This document shows positions 11,401 through 18,992 of a stretch of 63,771 bases of DNA, one piece after another. Within the stretch, counting starts at the first letter, position 1, and every line of letters begins with the position of its first letter. The DNA is from Schmidtea polychroa. Lineage: Eukaryota. A program made the translations under genes and the position numbers. The DNA is taken from contig CM097886.1 of the NCBI GenBank assembly GCA_044892525.1, positions 177,680,312 through 177,744,082 on the forward strand, read 5' to 3'. The notes below the pieces were generated by a model. That model did no database searches, was not told where the DNA came from, and worked only from the letters and a program-made list of their open reading frames with translations.

Positions 11401-14400
11401 TCTAACAGCGATAGTGACGACGATGATAACGGGAACGATAAATGTCTTTATCCAAACAGAAACCCAAACGAAAAACCAATGGAAACGGCACCATATTGGG
11501 AAAAGGAAAAGACAAACACCTGGATCGCCAATGGAAGCTATATACCACCGGATATCGTGGGACCACAAGCAGCTTTGACCATGACACAAAATATGTATCC
11601 GCAATTACCGAGCCAACCCGGTATGCATTATATGCCGACACGACGTACCAAAAGTGTAGATCAAGCAGATGACGTAAGAACAATCGCAGCAATGAGTCTG
11701 CCTGGAGGTCCAGCAGTAACAGTTATGATTCAAATCAATGGTAAAGAAACCAATGCTATGATAGACACAGGAGCTAATGTATCAGCGATAGCGATTAATC
11801 AAATTCCCAGTAAACACTGGAAAGATATCGAATCAACAACAATTCACATCATAGCATGTAGTAAAGAAACAGTGGACGTGGTCGGAAGATGGTGGACTAC
11901 ATTGAGATACCAGGACAACGAAATTGAAACGTATTTGGCAGTAATACCAAAACTTAGCGTACCATGCATAATCGGAACGGACCTGATGCCAGAATTATTA
12001 AAAGAAGTCGTAATAGACTTAACAACTATGTGTCTAAAAGACAAAACCGGTAGAATATGCAAAATGAATGCAGTAATCAGATGTCCAGAAAAAATAATAG
12101 TACCAGCGAAATCGCAGATGATTTGTCAGATAAAAGTGGATACGGGTATGGAAGGAGAAGTTATCTTTGAACCAAGCAAGTCATTCGAAAAGCGACGAGA
12201 ATTACCACTCGCAAGAGAAATAATCACCATAAACCAAGAAGGAGTGATACCGCTCAACATCACGAATTTCGAAGAGGAAGACAAAATCATTTATGAGAAC
12301 GAAAAATTGGGAAGATTGACCCCAATGATGGACATAGAATTACCGAAAGTGACCAACGAGATGATCAAAGATGATGAATTATGGACAATAGATAGTATGT
12401 TGTTGACGAATAATGAAAAGAAAAAATTACACCGATTGTTGGTAGAATATAAAGATATATTCGCCATCTCAGACTTAGACTTGGGTACATGCGATGTTAC
12501 CCTACATGCAATACCCCTCATAGATGAAACTCCAATTGCATTAAGACCATACAAGCTAGCAGAAATGCAAAAAGAAATAGCCGAAGCAGAAGTACAAAAG
12601 ATGCTGGACGCAAAAGTAATCGAACCAAGTTGCTCACCTTGGCAATTCCCAGTGGTCATGGTGAAAAAGAAGGATGGCTCCCAACGATTCTGTATCGATT
12701 ATCGGAAGTTAAACGCAGTGACCAAGAGAGATACCTATCCATTGCCGGACATCAATGAGATGTTATTGATGTTGCAAGGGGCAGCATATTTTACTTCTTT
12801 AGATCTAAAAAGTGGATACTGGCAGATTAAAGTCAAAGATGAGGACAAAGAGAAAACAGCTTTCACGTTGGGACGAGATCTATATCAATTCAGGAAAATG
12901 CCATTTGGACTGACCAACGCACCAGCATCATTTCAACGGTGTATGAACTTTGTCACCCATGGAATCAAACAATGTATGGTATATATTGATGATTTACTAA
13001 TCTATTCAGCGACATTTGAACAACATCTGGAAGATATCCGAAACGTATTTATTAGATTAAGACAGTGGAAACTCAAACTCAAACCATCAAAATGCGATTG
13101 GGCAAAGGAAAAAGTCACGTTTTTAGGACACATAGTGTCAGCTAAAGGAAAGGAGCCAGATCCAAGAAACATTGAGAAAATAAAAACATGTCCAGCACCG
13201 AAAACTGTCACCCAAGTTCAGGAATTTCTAGGATTATGCGGATACTATCGCAAATTTATCAAAAATTATGCAGGAATTGCAAAACCAATCCAGGAATTAG
13301 TAAAGAAGGATATTTCGTTCATTTGGGAAAAAGAACAACAACAGGCGTTCGAAACGCTGAGAGATAAACTAATCGAAGCACCTATCCTCGTACACCCAGA
13401 TTTTAAGAAGCCATTTCTATTGGCAACGGATGCAAGCGGGTACGCGGCAGGCGCGATTCTGGGACAATTAGACGATGAGGGAAAAGAGAGAGTAATCGGG
13501 TATTACAGTCGAACATTCAAAAAGCACGAAAAGAACTATTCGGTAACAGAACGAGAAGCATTGGCTATAATACAAGCTATCAAACACTTCCGATATTTAC
13601 TATGGGGACATGAGATATGCATAACCACAGATCATCAACCATTAGTGTGGTTAGGGCAACATAAAGAAGCGTCCAGTAGACTGATGCGATGGGCCATGCA
13701 ATTGCAAGAATACTCCCCATTTATAAAATTCAAAGCGGGAAGAGCAAATGCCAACGCCGATTGTATGTCAAGATTTATTTTCCCAGATTTGGTGGATTCC
13801 GAAATGCAACGCATATGCTTAATAGTAGCGGAAGATTTGGATTTCTGTCAATTACGAAAGGACCAACAAGAGGACGCGGAATTAAAACAAATTATCGATT
13901 ATGTAAAAACCGGAAAGACAGAGGTATATGCGAAAGACCAAAAATTAAAAGAACATATGGATAAACACCGACACCGATATATTATAGAGAAAGATTGGTT
14001 GCTGATAATGGATGGGGAAAAACGATTAATGTGTATACCGGAAAACCGACGAAAAGAGTTACTAACGCAATATCACGATGGGAGATTGGGAGGACATATG
14101 TCATCGAAAAAGACGTTAGCAAGAATGAAACAGAAATATTTTTGGCCTACGTTAACTGAAGATGTAACCGAATGGGTAAAAAATTGTCTAACTTGTGCAA
14201 CCAGGAAGAATACTGGATCGAAATGGAAAGCACCTTTAACGCCAATGCCAGTACCAATAGAACCAATGACAATGATATCCATGGACGTAGTTGGTCCACT
14301 ACCAGAGTCAGATAAAGGAAACGTTTACATTCTAGTGATCACAGACTTTCTTACGAAATTTCCAGAAGCATTCGCGATGCCAGACCAAAAAGCTAAAACA

Positions 14401-17400
14401 ATCGCAAAAATTTTGGTAGAAGAGATATGTTGCCGATATGGAACACCAAAACAAATCTTAACCGATCAGGGAACTAATTTTATGAGTGAGATAATGAGCG
14501 AAGTAACAAATTACTTCAAAATAGCAAAACTAAGAACATCTCCATACCACCCTCAAACCAATGGGATGACGGAAAGATTTAATGGAACACTTACACAAAT
14601 GTTATCAAACTACGTTGACCGTCACCAACGAGATTGGGACGAATATATAAACCTATGTCTTATGGCGTACAGAATGTCGATTCACGCATCAACGAAAATG
14701 AGCCCATTCAAATTAATGTACGGAAGAGAATGTAACATGCCAATGGACCTGGAATACCAACCACCGATATCGCAGTATATGGAGATCGATGATTATGTTA
14801 CGAAATTCAAGGAAAGAATGCAAGAAATTTGGGAAACTGCGGGATTAAATATCAAGTTCTACCAGGAAAGTTATAAAGATTTACACGATCGAAAGAAAAA
14901 CGTGAAGCAACATACGTTCCAAACAGGTGATTGGGTAATGATAGAAACCCCGGAATTAATTCCAGGAACCACAAAAAAGTTACAACGCAACGGAAAAGGA
15001 CCATATGAGATCTTATTCGTAGGCGAAACTAATGTAAGAGTGAAATTGGTAAATAACCCCTTTACCAGACCAATATACGTAAACGTGGCACGATGCAAAT
15101 CAATTCCAAAAACAGCCACTAGTCAACCAGAAGGCCGTACATTAACCACACGTTCGCAAACCTACCGAATGAACATGATGCAACAACTCGCAGAACCGAT
15201 CACTGGACGATTAGGTATCCAACCATCAGAAGCGGAAAAGATTGTAAAAGAGGTAAAAATTAAAATACCTGGATGGGCAAAAGATCGATTAGATTTCGAA
15301 ATATTAGGAGGATTATTGACGATGATCGAGAACTATGCAAATAGAGAAAGGACACACCCATTATTGCGAGTAGTCAAAAGCCAATGGCCAATATTATTTA
15401 CAATAACAGATCATTACGGAGACACACCATTACACAAACTCATGAAAGTAGGTAACAACGAGCAAATACTAGAAACAATAGAAGCATTTCACGACTGCAA
15501 GCGATCAACAGAACAAACAAACAACCAAGGTTACACACCATTAATGATAGCCGCAAACAAAGGCAAAACAAAAGACATTATAACCGCATTACTCGATACC
15601 GGATCGAAAATAACTACACAAGACCACGAGCGGAAAAACGCTCTACATCATGCTATCGAAGGGAGAAGTACCGAGGCGTTCACGTCATTGATGGAACTAC
15701 TATCATATGAGGACAATCGGGAAGTCGGAAACATGTATGATGGATTGTTAACAGCGATCAAAGAAAAACTGACGACAATTACCGGAATATTAATTACATG
15801 GAGAAATCCAATTCGAAACGATTATATGATCAACGTAAACGAAGCGTTCACGAGAGGAGAGAACACGCTGATGAGAGAAGCTATGAAAGGACATCAGTTA
15901 TTCGAAATCCCGAATCAATTACTAGAACGAGGGATAAAATTCACAAATCATAAAGACGAACAGTTAGCAAAAAAGCGAATCGACACATTCGAAAAATCCC
16001 TATTCCAATTTACTAACCAAGTACGAAATAAATATTGGGAAACGGTAAGTGTGTTATATATGATGGACACAATGAATAACATCCGCGAGAATTACCTGGA
16101 TATTATCCAAATACTTACAGCAGAGGAACGAATCAATAATCCAAACGGAAAGAAAACGAAAATAAGGTATGAGAAATCCAGGGAATCAAAGTCAACAACG
16201 AACCAAACGGTCACAAACAACGTCATCGAAACCAAATCAATGAGTATAGATCAAGAGGCAATAATACGCAAAGCAAAAGAAGTGTTCTTTGAGGAAATGC
16301 TAGAGCTGCCAGACGAAATAATATTGTCAAAAATAATAAAAGCCGTACACACATACGCAAGAGATCAAACCACGGATTTAGATATCGGGAAAATCAAAAC
16401 CTTCTTGCCTCGAGCATTTACGATGGTAACGAAGGATTCCAGAACACCCCTACAACAAGCAATACTAGCAGCGAAAGAAAATAGAGCAATAACGATCGTG
16501 AGAATCCTTGGAGAGATGGGCGAGGAAACCAACACGAAAAATGAACAAGGTGAAACCGCCATGATGTATGCAGCTATAACGAAAATACACCCAAAAACAC
16601 TCCACATCCTACATCAATCAGGATCGAAACTAGACGAAAAGTCCAATGAAGGAAATTCCACCTTGGACTGGGCAACCATACAGCCAAACTTAGAAATGAT
16701 CAGATTTATTTGCAAAAATGCGACAAAAGAAGAAGTCGAAAATATGTGCAAAAACACATCTCAGTTTCAATGGAATGCGGTACGGAAAAATCTAGAAGCA
16801 ATGAAATTATTATTAACCTGGAGAGTACCACAAAATAATAAATATGCGATAAATGTAAACGAATTCTACGAAAACGGAGAAAATGCGATGGTAAAGAATA
16901 CCCTAACTAAGGGGGGGACACCTAAAATAATTTTAATAGTATTAAATAGAGAAGACCTAAAATTCACGCAAAATCAGAACGAGCAACAACGAATTGGGAA
17001 ACATCGTCGTATGCAATTGAGAGAGTTAGTTAAAGAATGGAATAGAAAGAGACATGCTGCAACGGGTAGAAAAGAGTTTGAATTCGAAGCAAAATTAGCA
17101 AGAAACAGAGTGCTAACAGCATATCGCAGATTATTGAACGATATAAATGTCGAGGACGACATTTTAAACGACAGCGGGGGAGATAAACACGATGACAATA
17201 ACGGAAAAGGCCGAAAGGAGGATAAAGAGAAAAGAGAACAGGAGGAGGGTAAACCGGAAAACAAGGATTCGGATACGAAAAGAGAGGGAAACAGCCCGGG
17301 AACTAAGACCAAAGAGGAGGAAAAATCGAATAATGGAAAACAGAGGGTATGCCTACCTTTCACTAACAAAGAAATAGAGACAAATATGATATTAATGATA

Positions 17401-18387
17401 ATTATGCTTACCATGATAGAGTTAGTAACAGCTCAGGGAGGGACGAGAACGATAAAAGAAACCAAAGAAGCGGAGAATCAAGATAGCAAAGAGGATGAAC
17501 TAAAGCAAGAAAAGAAAAAGCAAGCACAAGAGCAGCAGTGGGATTTAAAGGAAGAATGGGACTTAAAGGAAAGGTGCATACTAGGAAGATGCATGTCTAG
17601 AGCGTATCAGAAACTAGTACTGATAAATGAGGCCACAGAACCAATAACAGAAGTAAGAATACAAGAAGCATACCGAAATCGAGACGGGAAGAGAATAACG
17701 AACGTCAAAGGAAAAGAGGTACACCTAGGAAAAGGTGGTGAAGTAGTAATAACGCAGATCCAACCTAGAAAAGAGCACAAAGTCTGTATTTCAAGATTAG
17801 GACCAGGCGAGAGATGCCATCAATATGTGACGCAGCAGCAGCCGCCGAAAGAATACACGGTTTGTATCTGGAGGAATGAATCAAAAAGAGAATGCCGACG
17901 ATACCCGGGGAAAAGAGGAAAGAAAAGAAAAAACCACGACGAAAAGAACGAAGGAGGAAAGCACAAGAAAACTGGTGAGGAAGCTCAGGACAACTATGTT
18001 TCGGAGGAAGAGATGGAAAAAATACAAAAGATGGCAAAGGAGGGTATGAACGAGGAAATAGCAAGAATACGGGAAATGATGAAAGGAAATGGCAAAAGAG
18101 GAAACGAGAAAAGTACAGAAGCGATATCAACATTAACAAACAAGGAAAAACCAGAGAGTATAAGCGTGAAGCAGATGATGTGGATCAGTGGGATAATAAT
18201 AACAGGGGCATTCCTAATCATAACGGGGGGAACAATAAAAATAATTAAGGATAAACGACATCGCGGAGAACTAGAGATGACTCGAATCAGAAATTTCCAA
18301 CATCGAGTGAAACGACCAAGTGATATCAAACAAGAACAGTGGGTGGAGGCCTGGAACGCTCAGCGCCCTCCAAACTCACGTATATAG
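4534..18387 (+). CDS. 4617-aa Gag-(UBL/Bcl-2-like)-Env-Pol-ankyrin-membrane polyprotein
   Basis: Single ORF containing zinc knuckles, DTG protease, YIDD RT, TDAS RNase H, HHCC/D,D35E integrase, ankyrin repeats and hydrophobic segments. Confidence 0.97.
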   Translation: MTNVVKTDEYKEKFRGEPFNGNANKLATFITNFEVYITVCGWTPEAISKRMPLFLCDSALEVYLEAKERDTKLEKWEDIKTFLKKTFGASKPINQALGELANRKQRANESITLYASELRRLAKKAMNGKLPEENLIGYFIEGLRREEVRASVGCQMCKTLEEAIDWATRCELHLPAQMNIMQEEGRIATAIAKADNGDNNNQEPKMNQFIPGAHQIFKPPQGRSNGNNGNRNNPNNENNFNNRRNMNDNKQCRTCGKPGHWDRDCYRNSNCNRCGRRGHTENVCQLRGCFNCGQPGHISRDCRERGQQQRPPQRNNNYVANPQRQSNPNEGKQMNVMQEISQMKQMMQQMMRPRQESAPQQTQNIRMMRSTENLNNYEVHQHVQEWQRLQAEEERIKQERNQQRQEQPLRINMMRLVKDMKSQYCYNYGKSPRVVPMTEPEKVKEITTEMKTENSTTILKGNQRIQKIFWKKIKDKIEKEHNKAKTETEDENNKSKEQTSQLNHRMLQESESEETTIFERKKLKRVPRMRNLQINMMKRTKDVASSDEEEDYVSSLGGEILQPNEISEPPKGEIKEEESGNEITSESEDEDIEIKLRKAREEAIKQVAEILPVVVRNQEFIDVISFRRFVQKVMKLERNEKDLIPNEEKSIIKNYMEKMKQADTTRYVIKIGTSRGLERMWIKNTVTDELFDWIREHLGSSRKKEYLYQYQGEQIKPDKHLVDALIWPGETQILKLHKEKQPANLYDWAKDAKAEYDFNIKLKLEQIKQCTLRRNLDKLIKQIQEQVEDNWDLLITRRAPAMYELMSRLRDTEMLRMSDWRTINLIHKYGRLKETQPQRLEITIWLPNEEKRRIKMSNQSTVDDLVSKINQEITEKVRSESSDGMVDDVVMMYDKIILRAEDDTSLSEMGMWDNHQIIRIVPMDEFRTRDVTYQKEIRDRMKTLYQKSTEIIEIHQQWLKEKELQGKITKLNTRSCRRTPWERVWNAESKEWEIRKGTFVETDIGETESESEEEEEEPPEYEEEAREQTSDDESETDVTSESENEARHIHAMRKKEREYADMDGEEAAEAREREEKERYKQLGDILAMGAKNQKRQVVALANIILKTSENIHNLRGMAKAIEEYRQYNEWYPEQLEQIIRKWRNQEWAQDTQERYHIRIKYPDKSIEELEVHPTTKIRELKKKLAYETPFHLQLFGKSLDDNADVGITPMRLEETNVLTMAETLGKPLKRKSKITKPTKGSLSTPSPNKAPSKSNETEEVEEIILEDSDDEPGERSPLLVRWPTGAEMWTNNQPSTSYQQPTKLNIKEIIDNTTETETDEQFQKQREPTKVTPESQTDKIIDEWNEWLRNNDSSLPRTDNERNPNYENTREAGTMMEKRAKGRPKKQGEKSELKTKEQLKQEQGQVRLEKLDKIVWDLKEAQPTIERGEKWIRELLKDILIITNPQLRRLWQRKVASTEARQLWHTISGIIPKLIKEKTKTTKTDWDETKRVIEQLTTNANDDEHHLVVITYLMYNLMGLAARKIPNKQFANHVEMTVSIIENTIEPHIIRAGGWKRLIQAPRKNEQERSMQVRLKKLLNELEWELPMKDPASRKASINSLMMTMMIWMLCTSGATGFTIYDCDNMIMRDKYSLRDIEECRQASPNKLDIVRTKVTYHVYQESDFIRTQARECVVSKKVLAYYCGQYSYSTLILPGLDKEIVSIQREDCKELFRTGALKMHNGVTIHGQTGMIKTESVYVAGKVKSSDGSCNGGTYTIRGEVISGVVVIESYTVELKEYEAQFDANNYQMKTNPACKATENVCRTGVSTIIYEANTQKCRLQLLKSALFNEVKGEIYENENDEDGNDRVRMRNGKPMPPSPREKRLSTQKTPTALITDDPDLGMRFIKEKETTKCDSIVYKTNYAGIYMSRQIIDRAVGKIATEDVKLYLYANNKMDFLFHRGQTTLQKVYYDLIQNDCSLNKEILKTKLAIAITHPDNTMPSLPLPDGHFGRMVGEVMYTYQCTKTYARMPEKSILPEKRCANELEIRYKGQNRFVQPVTRIMNPVGFYPNLFNCSNAYGPLYERPDGKWMMLPGKTISEEPKKFGLIELATELDFKPIDVSNGGMYSPEDLETARLNVLFPARRESILSNMVTITGGTNYQSGPNYELLLSPDHFQQATSNMMKAMWGRFLVFGQMMAGILGIILIIQIVRVILTQMLACFDIYKREKKVNWKMIVGFLPFLAKTMVLHGHSKDIHRIKRLIKILTKIKGTDEEVGRRFRKVMYDEATRRQLKKNKPKFLDRFRSQSSNSDSDDDDNGNDKCLYPNRNPNEKPMETAPYWEKEKTNTWIANGSYIPPDIVGPQAALTMTQNMYPQLPSQPGMHYMPTRRTKSVDQADDVRTIAAMSLPGGPAVTVMIQINGKETNAMIDTGANVSAIAINQIPSKHWKDIESTTIHIIACSKETVDVVGRWWTTLRYQDNEIETYLAVIPKLSVPCIIGTDLMPELLKEVVIDLTTMCLKDKTGRICKMNAVIRCPEKIIVPAKSQMICQIKVDTGMEGEVIFEPSKSFEKRRELPLAREIITINQEGVIPLNITNFEEEDKIIYENEKLGRLTPMMDIELPKVTNEMIKDDELWTIDSMLLTNNEKKKLHRLLVEYKDIFAISDLDLGTCDVTLHAIPLIDETPIALRPYKLAEMQKEIAEAEVQKMLDAKVIEPSCSPWQFPVVMVKKKDGSQRFCIDYRKLNAVTKRDTYPLPDINEMLLMLQGAAYFTSLDLKSGYWQIKVKDEDKEKTAFTLGRDLYQFRKMPFGLTNAPASFQRCMNFVTHGIKQCMVYIDDLLIYSATFEQHLEDIRNVFIRLRQWKLKLKPSKCDWAKEKVTFLGHIVSAKGKEPDPRNIEKIKTCPAPKTVTQVQEFLGLCGYYRKFIKNYAGIAKPIQELVKKDISFIWEKEQQQAFETLRDKLIEAPILVHPDFKKPFLLATDASGYAAGAILGQLDDEGKERVIGYYSRTFKKHEKNYSVTEREALAIIQAIKHFRYLLWGHEICITTDHQPLVWLGQHKEASSRLMRWAMQLQEYSPFIKFKAGRANANADCMSRFIFPDLVDSEMQRICLIVAEDLDFCQLRKDQQEDAELKQIIDYVKTGKTEVYAKDQKLKEHMDKHRHRYIIEKDWLLIMDGEKRLMCIPENRRKELLTQYHDGRLGGHMSSKKTLARMKQKYFWPTLTEDVTEWVKNCLTCATRKNTGSKWKAPLTPMPVPIEPMTMISMDVVGPLPESDKGNVYILVITDFLTKFPEAFAMPDQKAKTIAKILVEEICCRYGTPKQILTDQGTNFMSEIMSEVTNYFKIAKLRTSPYHPQTNGMTERFNGTLTQMLSNYVDRHQRDWDEYINLCLMAYRMSIHASTKMSPFKLMYGRECNMPMDLEYQPPISQYMEIDDYVTKFKERMQEIWETAGLNIKFYQESYKDLHDRKKNVKQHTFQTGDWVMIETPELIPGTTKKLQRNGKGPYEILFVGETNVRVKLVNNPFTRPIYVNVARCKSIPKTATSQPEGRTLTTRSQTYRMNMMQQLAEPITGRLGIQPSEAEKIVKEVKIKIPGWAKDRLDFEILGGLLTMIENYANRERTHPLLRVVKSQWPILFTITDHYGDTPLHKLMKVGNNEQILETIEAFHDCKRSTEQTNNQGYTPLMIAANKGKTKDIITALLDTGSKITTQDHERKNALHHAIEGRSTEAFTSLMELLSYEDNREVGNMYDGLLTAIKEKLTTITGILITWRNPIRNDYMINVNEAFTRGENTLMREAMKGHQLFEIPNQLLERGIKFTNHKDEQLAKKRIDTFEKSLFQFTNQVRNKYWETVSVLYMMDTMNNIRENYLDIIQILTAEERINNPNGKKTKIRYEKSRESKSTTNQTVTNNVIETKSMSIDQEAIIRKAKEVFFEEMLELPDEIILSKIIKAVHTYARDQTTDLDIGKIKTFLPRAFTMVTKDSRTPLQQAILAAKENRAITIVRILGEMGEETNTKNEQGETAMMYAAITKIHPKTLHILHQSGSKLDEKSNEGNSTLDWATIQPNLEMIRFICKNATKEEVENMCKNTSQFQWNAVRKNLEAMKLLLTWRVPQNNKYAINVNEFYENGENAMVKNTLTKGGTPKIILIVLNREDLKFTQNQNEQQRIGKHRRMQLRELVKEWNRKRHAATGRKEFEFEAKLARNRVLTAYRRLLNDINVEDDILNDSGGDKHDDNNGKGRKEDKEKREQEEGKPENKDSDTKREGNSPGTKTKEEEKSNNGKQRVCLPFTNKEIETNMILMIIMLTMIELVTAQGGTRTIKETKEAENQDSKEDELKQEKKKQAQEQQWDLKEEWDLKERCILGRCMSRAYQKLVLINEATEPITEVRIQEAYRNRDGKRITNVKGKEVHLGKGGEVVITQIQPRKEHKVCISRLGPGERCHQYVTQQQPPKEYTVCIWRNESKRECRRYPGKRGKKRKNHDEKNEGGKHKKTGEEAQDNYVSEEEMEKIQKMAKEGMNEEIARIREMMKGNGKRGNEKSTEAISTLTNKEKPESISVKQMMWISGIIITGAFLIITGGTIKIIKDKRHRGELEMTRIRNFQHRVKRPSDIKQEQWVEAWNAQRPPNSRI
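6529..8193 (+). other. Three ubiquitin-like (beta-grasp) domains within the polyprotein (6529-6750, 7051-7302, 7996-8193)
   Basis: The third is clearest: IRIKYPDKSIEELEVHPTTKIRELKKKL...LQLFGKSLDD resembles ubiquitin TLEVEPSDTIENVKAKI...LIFAGKQLED. The other two have the same length and strand/helix pattern. Confidence 0.55.
8749..9213 (+). other. Bcl-2-like helical domain within the polyprotein
   Basis: ~155-aa all-helical segment ending in BH2-like IEPHIIRAGGWKRL (9166-9207; cf. Bcl-xL LEPWIQENGGWDTF); the BH1 NWGR motif is degenerate. Confidence 0.55.
9337..11230 (+). other. env: Envelope glycoprotein, chuvirus-G / gB-like type, with internal signal peptide and C-terminal TM
   Basis: Signal MMTMMIWMLCTSGATG|FTIYDC; Cys pattern YDC..YSL..IEEC..YQ..ECVV..YYCG..C..G..SCNGG; furin-like REKR at 10117-10128; TM at ~11047-11120 and a second hydrophobic stretch at ~11179-11223. 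Confidence 0.8.
11695..12066 (+). other. Aspartic protease
   Basis: AMIDTGANVSAI (D at 11764) and CIIGTD motifs. Confidence 0.93.
12430..13773 (+). other. pol: Reverse transcriptase and RNase H
   Basis: SPW..PVVMVKKKDGS.RFCIDYRKLN, LDLKSGYWQI, MPFGLTNAPASFQR, YIDD (12982), TDAS (13426), EALAI, TDHQPL, NADCMSR. Confidence 0.97.
14071..15110 (+). other. Integrase (HHCC, D,D35E, GPY module)
   Basis: H..H...CLTC (14074-14196); D 14284, D 14464, E 14572 (35-residue spacing); GPY at 14998. Confidence 0.96.
15400..17000 (+). other. Two ankyrin-repeat modules (internal ~340-aa duplication) after integrase
   Basis: GDTPLH, GYTPLMIAA, KNALHHA, RTPLQQA, GETAMMYAA and GNSTLDWA motifs; LITWR..INVNE..GEN vs LLTWR..INVNE..GEN offset by 1020 nt. 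Confidence 0.85.
17386..18387 (+). other. C-terminal type-I membrane protein module (internal signal, Cys-containing beta ectodomain, TM, tail)
   Basis: Signal-like MILMIIMLTMIELVTA|Q (17386-17433); FN3-like ITQIQPRKEHKVCISR; TM MMWISGIIITGAFLIITGGTI (~18175-18240). Confidence 0.6.
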
Positions 18388-18547
18388 AAAGGAATATGAC
18401 TGTATATAATTGTAAAAAGTAAGTATATCTTATGTATATAACAGTACTATATCTTTATATAAGCGCGGTATCAATATTATACAATAACGGGAATCATAAA
18501 ATAAAATTAAATTTACATAAGAGCTGAAAAGTGTATATAAATTAGGA

Positions 18548-18907
18548 ATGGATCAAGGAAATAACGAAATGAACCACGATACAGTAACTGAAGAATTATG
18601 GAAGCAACAATGTGCCGTATTAGCACAATTAGTGTCCAATTTGCAAGAACAAGGACTGACGATGCACAGAAACCTGATCGAGAGTATGAACAGAGGATTT
18701 AGTTATTTGAAGATAATTGAAGACCAGAGGTTAAAAATCGAACAAATGCAAAGAGGGATAGAGAGGATAACCCAATATAGCCGTCGACAGGAAATTGAAA
18801 TAGACAGAATGATGGAGGAAGCAGAACAGACAGAAATAGAAGACTGGTCGGAATGGCTAATGAATAGAGAGGAGAGCGGACACGAAGCCGACTCTTCCGA
18901 ACCCTAA
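18548..18907 (+). CDS. 119-aa coiled-coil/acidic accessory protein
   Basis: Same strand and codon style as the element; AG|gaATG upstream; flanked by AT-rich spacers. Confidence 0.6.
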   Translation: MDQGNNEMNHDTVTEELWKQQCAVLAQLVSNLQEQGLTMHRNLIESMNRGFSYLKIIEDQRLKIEQMQRGIERITQYSRRQEIEIDRMMEEAEQTEIEDWSEWLMNREESGHEADSSEP

Positions 18908-18992
18908 ACCAAACCTAGCTCAAAATGTAAATAATTGTAAATAAAATATCGAACCTGTATCGATAAGAACTATTTGTACATATAATTATAGA

